64,000 bases of DNA, taken from Candidatus Thorarchaeota archaeon. GTDB lineage: Archaea; Asgardarchaeota; Thorarchaeia; Thorarchaeales; Thorarchaeaceae. The stretch covers positions 130,803 through 194,802 of the forward strand of contig RDNZ01000001.1 in assembly GCA_011364905.1 (NCBI GenBank), given 5' to 3'. A model generated the notes under the pieces. That model searched no databases and was not told where the DNA came from. It saw only the letters and a list, made by a program, of their open reading frames with translations. A program made the translations under genes and the position numbers. Positions 38,758 to 48,944 of the stretch are shown piece by piece (position 1 is the stretch's first letter; each line of letters starts with the position of its first letter).

Positions 38758-40056
38758 TTATGTTCCTCCACTGGATAGGATGATGGTGGCTTTCATTGCA
38801 GCTGCGCTGCCAGCAGATACTGAATCTGGGATATCTTTTGGTCCATCAGCACATCCGCAAACAAAAACGCCTGGGATCTTTGTGATAGTTGGACCGAAGA
38901 AAGTGTGACTGATTTCGATGTAACCATCATTCGTCTGGTCTATACCTATCTTCTTGGCCATCGTGTCCATTCCACTTGAAGGAATTACACCTGGACTGAT
39001 GACCACAAGGTCATGTTCAATAAGTCGAAGTTTGGAAGTGGCTGTGTCCTCAACCTTCACAACAAGGTCGTGAGAACTCTTTCCTTCCATAACCTCCGCA
39101 ACACGACCTCTCACAAAACGAACGCCAAAACGACTCTTGGCCATTTCATAGAATTCCTCAAAGCCTTTACCAAAAGCTCGTATATCTGCATAGTAAACCC
39201 AAACTTCCGCTTCGGGATTATGTTCAAGAGCCATTACAGCATTTTTTATCGAATACATGCAGCATACCCGACTACAGTATGGAACGCCTTTCTGAACATC
39301 TCGTGCGCCAACACATTGAATGAAACCTATTGACTTGGGCTTCTTTCCATCGCTGAGACGAATAAGATGTCCGTGTGTCGGACCAGCTGCGTTGATTAAT
39401 CGTTCGAATTCCATCGCATGAATGACATTGGGGTACTGTCCATACCCAAGACGTGGATACCTTGATACATCGAAGAGTTCAAATCCTGTGGCAATGATGA
39501 TAGTACCGACATCGAGATTGACAAAACTGTCTTTCATCTCCAAGTCAATTGCATTTCTTTCGCAGACTTTCACACATCTGCTGCAATCTATGCAATTCTC
39601 CTTGTCAACCGTATATACATTGGGTGTAGCCTGTGGAAACGGTGTGTAAATTGCTTTTCTAAAACCCAGACCTTGATCAAACTCGTTCGCTACTTCAACA
39701 GGACATTCAGCAGAACAGGCACCACAACCAGAGCAAAGATTCTCTCTTACAAATCGAGCTTTTCTTCTTAGTTTGACCCTGAAGTTACCTGCAGAACCGG
39801 TTACACTCCCAACTTCAGCACATGTCATCAAACGTATGTTTGGGTGCCTAGCAATCTCGCTCAACTTCGGAGTCAATATGCAAGCGCTGCAATCAAGGGT
39901 TGGAAAAGTCTTGTCTAGCATTGCCATGCGTCCACCAATTGAAGGAGACCGTTCAACCAGGTAAACCTTGAACCCCTGATTTGCAATATCTAAAGCAGCT
40001 TGCATTCCAGCAACGCCACCACCTACAACAAGTGCTCTTGCTGTTTCTTTGCTCAT
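38758..40056 (-). CDS. hdrA: Short HdrA-like subunit (FAD domain plus inserted ferredoxin only)
   Basis: GGGVAG, FPTLDCSAC, 2x[4Fe-4S], YCSRVCC and GPKDIPDS; no N-terminal or C-terminal Fe-S domains. Confidence 0.9.
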   Translation of the reverse strand: MSKETARALVVGGGVAGMQAALDIANQGFKVYLVERSPSIGGRMAMLDKTFPTLDCSACILTPKLSEIARHPNIRLMTCAEVGSVTGSAGNFRVKLRRKARFVRENLCSGCGACSAECPVEVANEFDQGLGFRKAIYTPFPQATPNVYTVDKENCIDCSRCVKVCERNAIDLEMKDSFVNLDVGTIIIATGFELFDVSRYPRLGYGQYPNVIHAMEFERLINAAGPTHGHLIRLSDGKKPKSIGFIQCVGARDVQKGVPYCSRVCCMYSIKNAVMALEHNPEAEVWVYYADIRAFGKGFEEFYEMAKSRFGVRFVRGRVAEVMEGKSSHDLVVKVEDTATSKLRLIEHDLVVISPGVIPSSGMDTMAKKIGIDQTNDGYIEISHTFFGPTITKIPGVFVCGCADGPKDIPDSVSAGSAAAMKATIILSSGGT

Positions 40057-40067
40057 TTCATTTGCTC

Positions 40068-40934
40068 CTAATGTGCTTCTAGAATTGCCTGTGGACTAAT
40101 CTTGTTCAGTTGTATGCCTAACGATTCAGAATCAATCCCAATTGCAGGACCCAAGAGCTGAGGTAGTGTCATGCACGGGATCTTAGGCTTGTCTGAGGCG
40201 CCTTCACCGAACTGAACTTGCGTCAATTGAATATCACAGAATACACAGGCAGTGACAATTCCATCAGCATTCTCTGCTCTGATATTCTCAATCTTGTCAC
40301 GACCTATTGCATTTCCAACTTCATCATCCATGGCCAGAAGTGGTCCACCACAACAACGAGTCTTTCCAGTATAGTCGACGGGGGTTCCACCTACAGCCTC
40401 GATTATACGATCAATGATAGTAGGATTTTCAGCGTCATCAACTTGGACAATCTCCTCGGGTCTAGTAACATGGCATCCATAGTGCGCTGCTAACCGAAGA
40501 TCCTTGTAGGGATTGACAACCGCCGACTTGATGGCGTCATAGCCAATATCTTCACGGAAGACTTGAAGTAGATGCTTGACCTGCACGGTGCCGGTGTACT
40601 TCAGACCCTCCTCTTCCAGGATATCGTTGACTTCATTACGAAGCTCTTCATTACTATCAAGATCGTGCTTGACATGCTTGAGAGATCCTGAACACGCTCC
40701 GCATATTGCTAGTATGTCCAAATCCATGCTCTCAGCAAGAGCGAGAATCCTGCCACACATTGCTGAAAACGCAGTGTGACTCACCGACTCAATGTACTGA
40801 GCCCCGCAACAGTTTGCGTCTTTCATTGTTGTAAGCTTGATACCAAGTTTCTCCAGAACTACGTGCACTGCTCTCTCATACGCAGGCAACCGAACGGGTG
40901 TGGTGCATCCTGTATAGAGAACGAATTCTTTCAT
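40068..40934 (-). CDS. hdrB: Heterodisulfide reductase subunit B
   Basis: GCTTP...NCCGAQ...CGAC and HYGCH...RCCGG...CVFC. Confidence 0.92.
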   Translation of the reverse strand: MKEFVLYTGCTTPVRLPAYERAVHVVLEKLGIKLTTMKDANCCGAQYIESVSHTAFSAMCGRILALAESMDLDILAICGACSGSLKHVKHDLDSNEELRNEVNDILEEEGLKYTGTVQVKHLLQVFREDIGYDAIKSAVVNPYKDLRLAAHYGCHVTRPEEIVQVDDAENPTIIDRIIEAVGGTPVDYTGKTRCCGGPLLAMDDEVGNAIGRDKIENIRAENADGIVTACVFCDIQLTQVQFGEGASDKPKIPCMTLPQLLGPAIGIDSESLGIQLNKISPQAILEAH

Positions 40935-41452
40935 ACTTCAATGCCTCCCTTGAAGTATCTTTTCTTAATCTTCTTGACAAACTCAGTATTCCATCCGAGG
41001 TCTGCGTCTAGTCCCAAATCAGAGCGATCATCTTCCTCAAAATCTGTGTATGAGTCATTTAGCATCCAACCATCTTCAAGCACTTTATCGATTGCGTTCT
41101 GAAAGACAGCAGGGATGTAACCTTCGCGAGCAGCAATCTCACGAACAGCAGTGAATATGTCCGTGGGGTCAACATCTTCCTGACAACGCTCCTCACAGAG
41201 TCTGCAGGTCATACATAACCAGGGTAGCTCGCTAGTAAGCACTTCCTCTCTTTTCCCAAGGAGTATCTTCTGTATGAGCTTTCTTGGCCGATATCTATCA
41301 GTCATGTTCGCGACCATGCATGAGGCAGTACACATTCCACATTGAATACAATGCATTATGCCTGATCCACCAGGTTCCAGCTCAATTTCCTTGGCAAAGC
41401 TTGAACTTGGCTCATGATAGGCAGGCAATTCGGTATTTACATGTTCAGTCAT
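40931..41452 (-). CDS. hdrC: Heterodisulfide reductase subunit C
   Basis: CIQCGMCTASC and PWLCMTCRLCEERC. Confidence 0.92.
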   Translation of the reverse strand: MTEHVNTELPAYHEPSSSFAKEIELEPGGSGIMHCIQCGMCTASCMVANMTDRYRPRKLIQKILLGKREEVLTSELPWLCMTCRLCEERCQEDVDPTDIFTAVREIAAREGYIPAVFQNAIDKVLEDGWMLNDSYTDFEEDDRSDLGLDADLGWNTEFVKKIKKRYFKGGIEV

Positions 41453-41472
41453 TTTTCACCACGTTCCATTTA

Positions 41473-44217
41473 TTATTCATCAACTTTCGATAGTATGATA
41501 GTCGCTCTCATTGCAGCAGCACTTCCTGCTGAAACAGAGTCAGGGATGTCCTTGGGACCATCAGCACATCCACACACGAACACTCCATCAATGGAGGTAT
41601 CAACAGGTCGGATGACCTGGTCTTCGACAGTTACATATCCTTCCTCAGAGAGGTCCATGTTGAGTTCAACCGCAATATCCGCCAGACCCTCTGGTGGTTG
41701 GACACCAGGACTAATCACAACCAGGTCATGATGCACTTCGTGTAGTTCGCCTTTCACAGTATCTTCGAATCTTACACTTAGTGAGTCGGTTTGCTTGTCA
41801 GGATTAACTTCTGCAACCCTTCCACGAACAAAATTAACGCCGAACCGTGTTCGAGCCATTTCGTAAAACTCCTCGAAGCCTTTGCCAAATGCCCGGATAT
41901 CGGCGTAGTAAACTGTGACTTCGGTGTCAGGATTGTGCTCCTTTGCCATGACTGCATTTTTGATCCCGTACATGCAGCATACGCGGCTGCAGTATGGAAC
42001 ACCTTTCTGGACATCGCGAGCTCCAACGCACTGAATGAACCCAATGCTCTTGGGAGCCTTCCCATCGGTCAGCCGCACAAGGTGCCCATGTGTTGGGCCA
42101 GCGGCGTTAATGAGCCGCTCATATTCCAATGCATGAATAACATTAGGTAGACGGCCGTATCCAAACTGTGGATACTCAGTAATGTCAAAAAGGCGATACC
42201 CAGTGGCCAGTACAATGGCACCTACATGAAGGTCGAGGACTGAGTCATTCATTGAATGATCAATTGCTTCACGCGTACAAGCCGCGACACACTGCTCGCA
42301 CTCACAACAGTTTGCACAGCCCAAACATCGTTCTGCTTCAGCAGCAGCCACAGCATCATTGAAACCGAGCTCAACCTCCGAGAATCCACGTTTTCTACTA
42401 TTGATTGCTTGTTTTGGCATTGCGGCGCGGTTATCAAATGGTATGTTAGTCTTGTCGACCTCAAATGACTGCACTCTGTGCCGTTCTTTGATGCGTCCCT
42501 CTTTGAGGTCCACACCACGGATGTATCTGTCAATAGAAAGAGCAGCATCCTTTCCATGACCCACAGCTTTTACGACGGTAAGAGGTCCAAGAACCACATC
42601 TCCACCTGCAAACACACCAGGAATACTTGTTTCCAAAGTTATGGGATCTGCTTTTACTGTGGCCCACTCTGAGCAATCAAGTTCAGTCTGTACGCCGTGT
42701 GGGTCTGCAGACTGTCCAATAGCAATAATCATAGAATCAATTGCCATTGTAAATTCCGAATTTGGAATTGGGACCGGACGCCTTCTGCCTGAATGATCAG
42801 GCTCACCTAGTCGCATCCTCATGCATCTGATTCCAGTAATTTTGCCTTTGGAAGAGAGAATCTCCACCGGAGATGTAAGGAGCATGATCCTGATTCCTTC
42901 TTCCTTCGCATCGTCAACTTCGCTTGGTATTGCAGGCAGCTCGACATGAGACCGTCTATAGATGAGTGTGACTTCTTTGGCTCCTAATCTTATTGCAGTA
43001 CGAGCAGAGTCAATCGCAGCATCCCCACCCCCGATGACAGCGACCTTCTCGCCTATCTCAACTTCCTTACCTTTGTTCACTCTTTCAAGGAAGTCAATCG
43101 CATGGACTACTCCTTCAGATTCTTCGCCTGCAATTCCCAGTTTGTTACTTTGCCATGTACCAGTAGCAACGAAGACTGCTCTGAAACCTTTCTCCTTGAG
43201 GTCGTGAATCGACTTAACTCGTGTATTGGTCTTGATCTTGACACCCATATCGACAACACGCTGAATCTCCTCATCCAGAATATCACGTGGCAAACGATAC
43301 TCAGGAATTGCATATCTGAGCATTCCACCAGCTTCCTCGCGAGCTTCGAAGACAGTTACAGGGTAGCCCATCCGTGCAAGATGATAGGCACAGCTAATTC
43401 CCCCTGGACCTCCACCGACGACAGCAACTCTTTCTTTCTTGTCAATCTTTGCTTCTACTGGAGCCGCTCCATGCGCTCGTTCATAGTCTGCAAGAAATCT
43501 GTGAAGATTTCTTATACTGACGCTTTCATCATGCATTCCTCTCTCGCATTCGGCCTCACAGAAGCTGATACAAACCCGACCCAAAACCCCAGGGAATGGA
43601 ATAGACCGTCTTACTATCTCAAGGGCTTCTTTCATTTTTCCGTGTCGCATCATGGTCACAAAACCTTGTGCATTGACCTCTGCAGGACAAGTAGCTCGAC
43701 AGGATGGTTCTCCCTTCTTATCAACGGTCACGACGTTTGGCGTTGCTTGAGGGAATGGCGTATAGATAGCCTTTCGAAAACCAAGTCCCTGATCGAACTC
43801 ATTAGGTAGCTCCACGGGGCAAACTGAAACGCAGTCTCCGCATCCGGAGCATTTGCTTTCATCCACATAACGAGCTTTTTTGTGAATCCGAACTCGGAAG
43901 TCCCCTGTTTCACCTTGGACTGACTTGATTTCTGAATAGGTTATCAGGTCAATGTTTGGATGCCTTGACACTTCACTGAGTTTAGGTGTGAGAATGCATG
44001 CACTGCAGTCCAGGGTTGGGAATGTCTTATCGATCATCGCCATGCGACCGCCAATCGAGGGCGACTTTTCAAGGAGTGTAACCTTGAATCCTTGATTGGC
44101 AATGTCTAGAGCTGCTTGCATACCGGCTACTCCGCCACCTACGACGAGGGCCTCATTAGATTTGATACCGTGTTCGGTACTGTCAGTAACTGATTTTGAC
44201 TGTCTCTCAATGGTCAT
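41473..44217 (-). CDS. hdrA: HdrA-like subunit with GltD/SudA-like insert, lacking the N-terminal and C-terminal Fe-S domains
   Basis: FPTLDCSAC, CRATCPA...GRVC...GGGPGG...GGGDAAIDSAR, YCSRVCC. Start reassigned to ATG 44217 (GGAGG upstream). Confidence 0.9.
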   Translation of the reverse strand: MTIERQSKSVTDSTEHGIKSNEALVVGGGVAGMQAALDIANQGFKVTLLEKSPSIGGRMAMIDKTFPTLDCSACILTPKLSEVSRHPNIDLITYSEIKSVQGETGDFRVRIHKKARYVDESKCSGCGDCVSVCPVELPNEFDQGLGFRKAIYTPFPQATPNVVTVDKKGEPSCRATCPAEVNAQGFVTMMRHGKMKEALEIVRRSIPFPGVLGRVCISFCEAECERGMHDESVSIRNLHRFLADYERAHGAAPVEAKIDKKERVAVVGGGPGGISCAYHLARMGYPVTVFEAREEAGGMLRYAIPEYRLPRDILDEEIQRVVDMGVKIKTNTRVKSIHDLKEKGFRAVFVATGTWQSNKLGIAGEESEGVVHAIDFLERVNKGKEVEIGEKVAVIGGGDAAIDSARTAIRLGAKEVTLIYRRSHVELPAIPSEVDDAKEEGIRIMLLTSPVEILSSKGKITGIRCMRMRLGEPDHSGRRRPVPIPNSEFTMAIDSMIIAIGQSADPHGVQTELDCSEWATVKADPITLETSIPGVFAGGDVVLGPLTVVKAVGHGKDAALSIDRYIRGVDLKEGRIKERHRVQSFEVDKTNIPFDNRAAMPKQAINSRKRGFSEVELGFNDAVAAAEAERCLGCANCCECEQCVAACTREAIDHSMNDSVLDLHVGAIVLATGYRLFDITEYPQFGYGRLPNVIHALEYERLINAAGPTHGHLVRLTDGKAPKSIGFIQCVGARDVQKGVPYCSRVCCMYGIKNAVMAKEHNPDTEVTVYYADIRAFGKGFEEFYEMARTRFGVNFVRGRVAEVNPDKQTDSLSVRFEDTVKGELHEVHHDLVVISPGVQPPEGLADIAVELNMDLSEEGYVTVEDQVIRPVDTSIDGVFVCGCADGPKDIPDSVSAGSAAAMRATIILSKVDE

Positions 44218-44551
44218 ATGCTGTCCTCCGGAATCACCACGCAAATCTCGTAATAGAGAGGTCCGGCGATATGTCTGAGAATTGCACGTCCCACTGAGTA
44301 TTGGTGGCACCATGCACGCATCGAAGTCTTTGTTATAGTCGCGTCTTCTTTCAAAGCCAATCGCCGTGACCTAGGTCACTTCTTGTGAATAACCAAAGAC
44401 TATATGCTTGTCGAGTATGACAACGTAAAATGGCATAGTGATGGATATCCATTTGAGACATGAACAAGCAAGAAATGAATGAAAACATCCATTTTTCAAA
44501 GAATATTGGAATGCGCATTTTTGGTGCTGTTACAATTTGAAATTTCTAGCA

Positions 44552-46426
44552 CTAAGCGAATTTTAAGGGCGAAATGCAATCTCCAAGCCTCATCTGAGCA
44601 TCCAAAAGTCTCGAGCGCTGCTCTTCTAGCACGTCAAACAGCGCTTTTGGAGCATCGGAAACGGTATCCTTGTAGATTTTCTCAATGCGATTAATTTTGT
44701 CAAGTAACTCGGGCACTCGTGTTTCAAATTGGAGTACGTAATCCTCACGAGAATATTCTTTGTCGAGATGACACTGAAAAAGTTCCTTTAGGTCATCGTA
44801 CACCGGAATAAACCCAGTAGGTGTTTCGATAGCATCAACCTCATTATGTACTCGAAGCTCCATCCACTTCAACCAGACTGTCTTGTCGAGTTTGTCGGTG
44901 ATGAAGTCCCCCTGTTTGTTCTTTAGGAAGTAATTAACTGAGAATATTAACGGAACTTTGGTAGCATCTTTAACGAAGTCTAAGTGATTTTGAATGTACT
45001 TTCCCAAAGGAATTGAGATGAAATCAAGATTCGAGAATGGTTGAAACATTCTGACTCCTCTCGGGCCAAGTGTCGCGGAGGTGGTTTCCGACTCAAGACT
45101 AGCACCCATCGTGATCACACCATGAATCCAATCGAGAGACTGCTGTACAGGAACCCATGTGTCCTTGTCGCGCCCTCCATAAATGATAGCGCCAACCTCC
45201 ACACCACGTGGATCATCAAGAGTATCATCAAGATTGGAAAGACCGTCCAGGCCAACAGTATAACGGGCATTTTTGTGAGCAAATGGAATTTCCTCGCCCT
45301 CTCGATCTACTTTACCAAGAAACCACTCACCAGAGTGGTTTATGCCACTCTTAGGAGAGTCAAAACCGTCATCCAGCCAACGAACACCTTCATCTTCGGT
45401 CACGAGCACATTAGAGAAGATTGCTGGTTTATTTGAATGTAGAACATCCCAAATAACAGGATCATCCTTCGAGGTCACAGACCGAATGATGCCAAATATC
45501 CCTCGTTCAACATTGACACCTCGTACTTTTCCATCCATTACGCGAAGATATGTAAGATCATCTCCTACTATAGTGTTTCCTCGCACCATAGAAGTGCTTG
45601 TCTTTCCACAGCCAGAGGGATATGCACCCGTGAAATATGTTCGTCGAGATGATGGCCCATGAACAGCCATCAAAAACATGTGTTCAGCCAACCAACCTTC
45701 TCGGTCAGCTTTACGGATAGCAAGTCTCAAGGCAAGTTTCTTCAAACCAATAGTGTTTCCCGCGTACTGCGTGTTCATGCTGTAAACAATGTTTTCCTGA
45801 TAGTCTATCATCACTCCTCGTTTCTTCCAATCGGTACTGACTGAATGAATGAGCTTACCTGAAGAGTGAAGCATCCAGAAAATCTCCTTACCATCTGGGA
45901 TTCTTCTAAAATAATCATAACCCCGCCTGTAAAGCAAGTCTTCACTGTGAGCAACGTAGAATGAATCGGTGATTTGAACAACAGGGATTGAAAAAGGAGA
46001 ATCCAATGGTCCAAGACAGAAGAAACGAACGACCATCTTTTTGTTGTTCATACTTCCATCAAGTCGTTCTTTCACTATCTCGAGCCCTTTCTCTCGTTCC
46101 ATCTGAGACAATTGTTTTCCAAGAGTCTCGCCTTGTGGAACCAAATAGACCGTACTCTCTTTATCTCGCGCCTGGTCATGAAAACCGTCGAAATGAACTG
46201 TTTGATAAGGATTAGCAAGCGGGGTTTCTTCCCCTCTCGCAATGGCGGTTCTACGGATGTATTCAGTGTCCATCTTTGAGTCATTGCAAACAAACACTTT
46301 CATCGGTTTGCAGAGTCGAATAGCATTAGCGATGAACTCATGCACCTTCCTATTTGGGATTGCTTGGAGCTTGCTAAGATTAGCCTCTGTCAATGCTTGC
46401 TCAAGTGTTTCCATGGTCTCATTCAT
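44552..46426 (-). CDS. pckG: Phosphoenolpyruvate carboxykinase (GTP)
   Basis: YAGNTIGLKK, WLAEHM, PSGCGKTS, VGDD, HKNARY and YGGR. Confidence 0.95.
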   Translation of the reverse strand: MNETMETLEQALTEANLSKLQAIPNRKVHEFIANAIRLCKPMKVFVCNDSKMDTEYIRRTAIARGEETPLANPYQTVHFDGFHDQARDKESTVYLVPQGETLGKQLSQMEREKGLEIVKERLDGSMNNKKMVVRFFCLGPLDSPFSIPVVQITDSFYVAHSEDLLYRRGYDYFRRIPDGKEIFWMLHSSGKLIHSVSTDWKKRGVMIDYQENIVYSMNTQYAGNTIGLKKLALRLAIRKADREGWLAEHMFLMAVHGPSSRRTYFTGAYPSGCGKTSTSMVRGNTIVGDDLTYLRVMDGKVRGVNVERGIFGIIRSVTSKDDPVIWDVLHSNKPAIFSNVLVTEDEGVRWLDDGFDSPKSGINHSGEWFLGKVDREGEEIPFAHKNARYTVGLDGLSNLDDTLDDPRGVEVGAIIYGGRDKDTWVPVQQSLDWIHGVITMGASLESETTSATLGPRGVRMFQPFSNLDFISIPLGKYIQNHLDFVKDATKVPLIFSVNYFLKNKQGDFITDKLDKTVWLKWMELRVHNEVDAIETPTGFIPVYDDLKELFQCHLDKEYSREDYVLQFETRVPELLDKINRIEKIYKDTVSDAPKALFDVLEEQRSRLLDAQMRLGDCISPLKFA

Positions 46427-46629
46427 GGTATTCGACCTCGCTCCGTAAAATGCCCACGCTTTCAGACCTCACTAGTAATATAACAGCGTCGCCAGCTGCA
46501 AAGCATGAATAGTTTTCTGTCCCCCAAATGCATACCTGTTCATGTCGCAAACGACAAGGTTCAAATGCGAGCAAGCGACGAAAACAGCTAAGAACCTGCA
46601 GTTACGCAGAGCCCCCTGTTGGTGATTCC

Positions 46630-48813
46630 ATGCCTAAGGAGTTCACATATGATATACCAGCAATTGAGCGCGGGTATGCTAACCAGACGCTCTATGTAAA
46701 CCTGAGCAACAACGAAATCAAGATCAAGCCTGTGGATGAAAAAATGAAAGAAACTTTCACAGGCGGGAAAGGATTTGATCTCTGGCTGATGTGGAATGGA
46801 CTTCCCAAGGACCGAATTGTCAAATGGGACGAACCTGAGAATGAAATATGCATCGCAACAGGACCATTAGGAGGAGTGGCTCTGTATCCGGGTGCAGGTA
46901 AGTCGATTGTCACCGCCATTTCTCCCATGACGGGAATCGTGATTGACAGCAATGTAGGAGGATATGCAGGACCAAACCTGAAGTTCGCTGGCTTTGATGC
47001 AATGGAGATTCAGGGAAAGGCCAAGCAAGATGTGTACATCTTCATCGACGGTGATCATGGAAAAGTGGAGATCCGTGACGCTGGGGACCTTCCCGATACG
47101 GCATATGAGATAACTCGCGTACTATCAGATCGCCACACAGAGAAAGAGGGGAAGGATATGGCTGTGGTGACCTCAGGGCCAGCGGCAGAACATGCTTGGA
47201 TGGGTTGTCTGAACTTCTCTTGGTGGGACAATCGAAGAAACGTGCCAAGATACAAACAAGCTGGTAGAGGTGGAATTGGTACCGTCTTTAGGAATAAGAA
47301 GGTCAAAGCAATCGTAATGAAGAAGGAGAAGATCACTCTTGAGATGAGCGGACCAGCTAATGTTGACGGACTAAAGACAGTTGGCCGAGAGCACTCAAAG
47401 GAAATTCTAGAACAGGATCCCAAGCAGAACCGGATGAGAGTTGTCGGTACTGGCCATCTGCCCTCAATCATGGACGAATTCGACCTCTTCCCCACTCGCA
47501 ACTTCAGAACTGGCAGTGACTCTGAAGCGAAGAAACTCTCTGGTGAGGAATGGGAGAAAATCTTCACTAACACAGGAAAAGGATGGGATGGATGTTGGCG
47601 ACCTTGCGCCATCAATTGCTCTCACTGCATTGAAGGCTTTGTTCCGAAGACGGGACCCTTCAAGGGAAAAAGTGTCCTTGTGGACGGACCTGAGTATGAA
47701 ACCATAGCAGGATGCGGATCAAATCTAGGTATTTTTAATCCCAATGATGTTGCAGAGCTAAACTTCTATTGCGACGCATATGGTATAGATACTATCTCTT
47801 TCGGTACGACAATGGCTTTTGTAATGGAGCTATTCGAGGGTGGATATATCACCGAAGAAGCCACTGGCGGCCATAAGCTGAAGTGGGGAGCCGCTGAAGA
47901 AGCACTTGCAGTACTTCATGAGATAGCTGATGGCAAAGGTTTCGGTGGTCAGCACTTCGGGAAAGGCATCCATTACCTCAAAGGATACTTCGGCGACAAG
48001 TTTGGTGTTGACTGCGACCTAATGCAGGACATTGGAATGGAGCATAAGGGCTTGGAGTATTCTGAATACGTGACCAAGGAGAGTCTTGCTCAGCAGGGCG
48101 GCTATGGTCTCACGCTGAAAGGACCTCAGCATGATGAGGCATGGTTGATCTTCATGGATCAGGTTCACAATTACCTGCCAACATTTGAGGACAAAGCAGA
48201 AGCGCTCCACTATTTCCCAATGTGGCGAACGTGGTTCGGACTCAATGGGCTTTGCAAACTACCGTGGAACGATGTGGTACCAGCGGACAACGCACAGACT
48301 TCTGAACCTGCCAAGGTGCCCCGCCATGTTGCGTTCTATGCGCGGTTCTTCGAGACGATGACTGGAAGACCAACTAAAGGTGATGATCTAATCACAATGT
48401 CAGAGAAGGTCTATAACTTCCAGAGGATATTCAATATCAGACAGGGCAAGGGTCTCAGGATTAATGACTCCTTCATTCCCTACAGAAGCGCAGGTCCTGT
48501 TACTGACTGGGAATATGAGTCACGCCAGGACCGATACGATGGACAACTGAAGGAGCTCGGAGTTGATGTCAGCAAGATGTCAACAACGGAGAAGAACAAG
48601 AAACTCCGGGAACACAGGGAGGAAAGCTACAAACTTCTGACCGATGCAGCCTACAAGCGAAGAGGCTGGACCCGAAATGGCGTTCCAACCATGGAGAAGA
48701 TCAAGAAACTTGGTCTTGATTGGATACCAGAGGTGGTCGCTATCGTGAAGAAGCACCAAAGTTCCGAGCCTCCAAAGGATACACTTCCTGCTTCGGATGA
48801 AGCCTGGAAGTAG
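46630..48813 (+). CDS. aor: Tungsten-containing aldehyde:ferredoxin oxidoreductase family
   Basis: SPMTG..DSNVGG, AGRGG.G, GCW.PC..NC, GPEYET, CDAYGIDTISFG and RRGW...GVPT. Start at ATG 46630 (GGTGAT SD). Confidence 0.9.
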   Translation: MPKEFTYDIPAIERGYANQTLYVNLSNNEIKIKPVDEKMKETFTGGKGFDLWLMWNGLPKDRIVKWDEPENEICIATGPLGGVALYPGAGKSIVTAISPMTGIVIDSNVGGYAGPNLKFAGFDAMEIQGKAKQDVYIFIDGDHGKVEIRDAGDLPDTAYEITRVLSDRHTEKEGKDMAVVTSGPAAEHAWMGCLNFSWWDNRRNVPRYKQAGRGGIGTVFRNKKVKAIVMKKEKITLEMSGPANVDGLKTVGREHSKEILEQDPKQNRMRVVGTGHLPSIMDEFDLFPTRNFRTGSDSEAKKLSGEEWEKIFTNTGKGWDGCWRPCAINCSHCIEGFVPKTGPFKGKSVLVDGPEYETIAGCGSNLGIFNPNDVAELNFYCDAYGIDTISFGTTMAFVMELFEGGYITEEATGGHKLKWGAAEEALAVLHEIADGKGFGGQHFGKGIHYLKGYFGDKFGVDCDLMQDIGMEHKGLEYSEYVTKESLAQQGGYGLTLKGPQHDEAWLIFMDQVHNYLPTFEDKAEALHYFPMWRTWFGLNGLCKLPWNDVVPADNAQTSEPAKVPRHVAFYARFFETMTGRPTKGDDLITMSEKVYNFQRIFNIRQGKGLRINDSFIPYRSAGPVTDWEYESRQDRYDGQLKELGVDVSKMSTTEKNKKLREHREESYKLLTDAAYKRRGWTRNGVPTMEKIKKLGLDWIPEVVAIVKKHQSSEPPKDTLPASDEAWK

Positions 48814-48944
48814 CTGACATGGCTACCATTACAAAGCACGAGAAAATTGAATCCTGGAAAGAAACGCTTCCCTAGACATTTTCATTTTTGAACGGATCTT
48901 AATGTCCTCTCTGAGTTTTATCTCAGATTTGTCCATCATCGTAC

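Noticed and set aside
43102-43809. 235-aa plus-strand ORF and the many other antisense ORFs over hdr, aor and other genes
   Set aside because: Shadow frames opposite well-supported genes, with no recognisable motifs.
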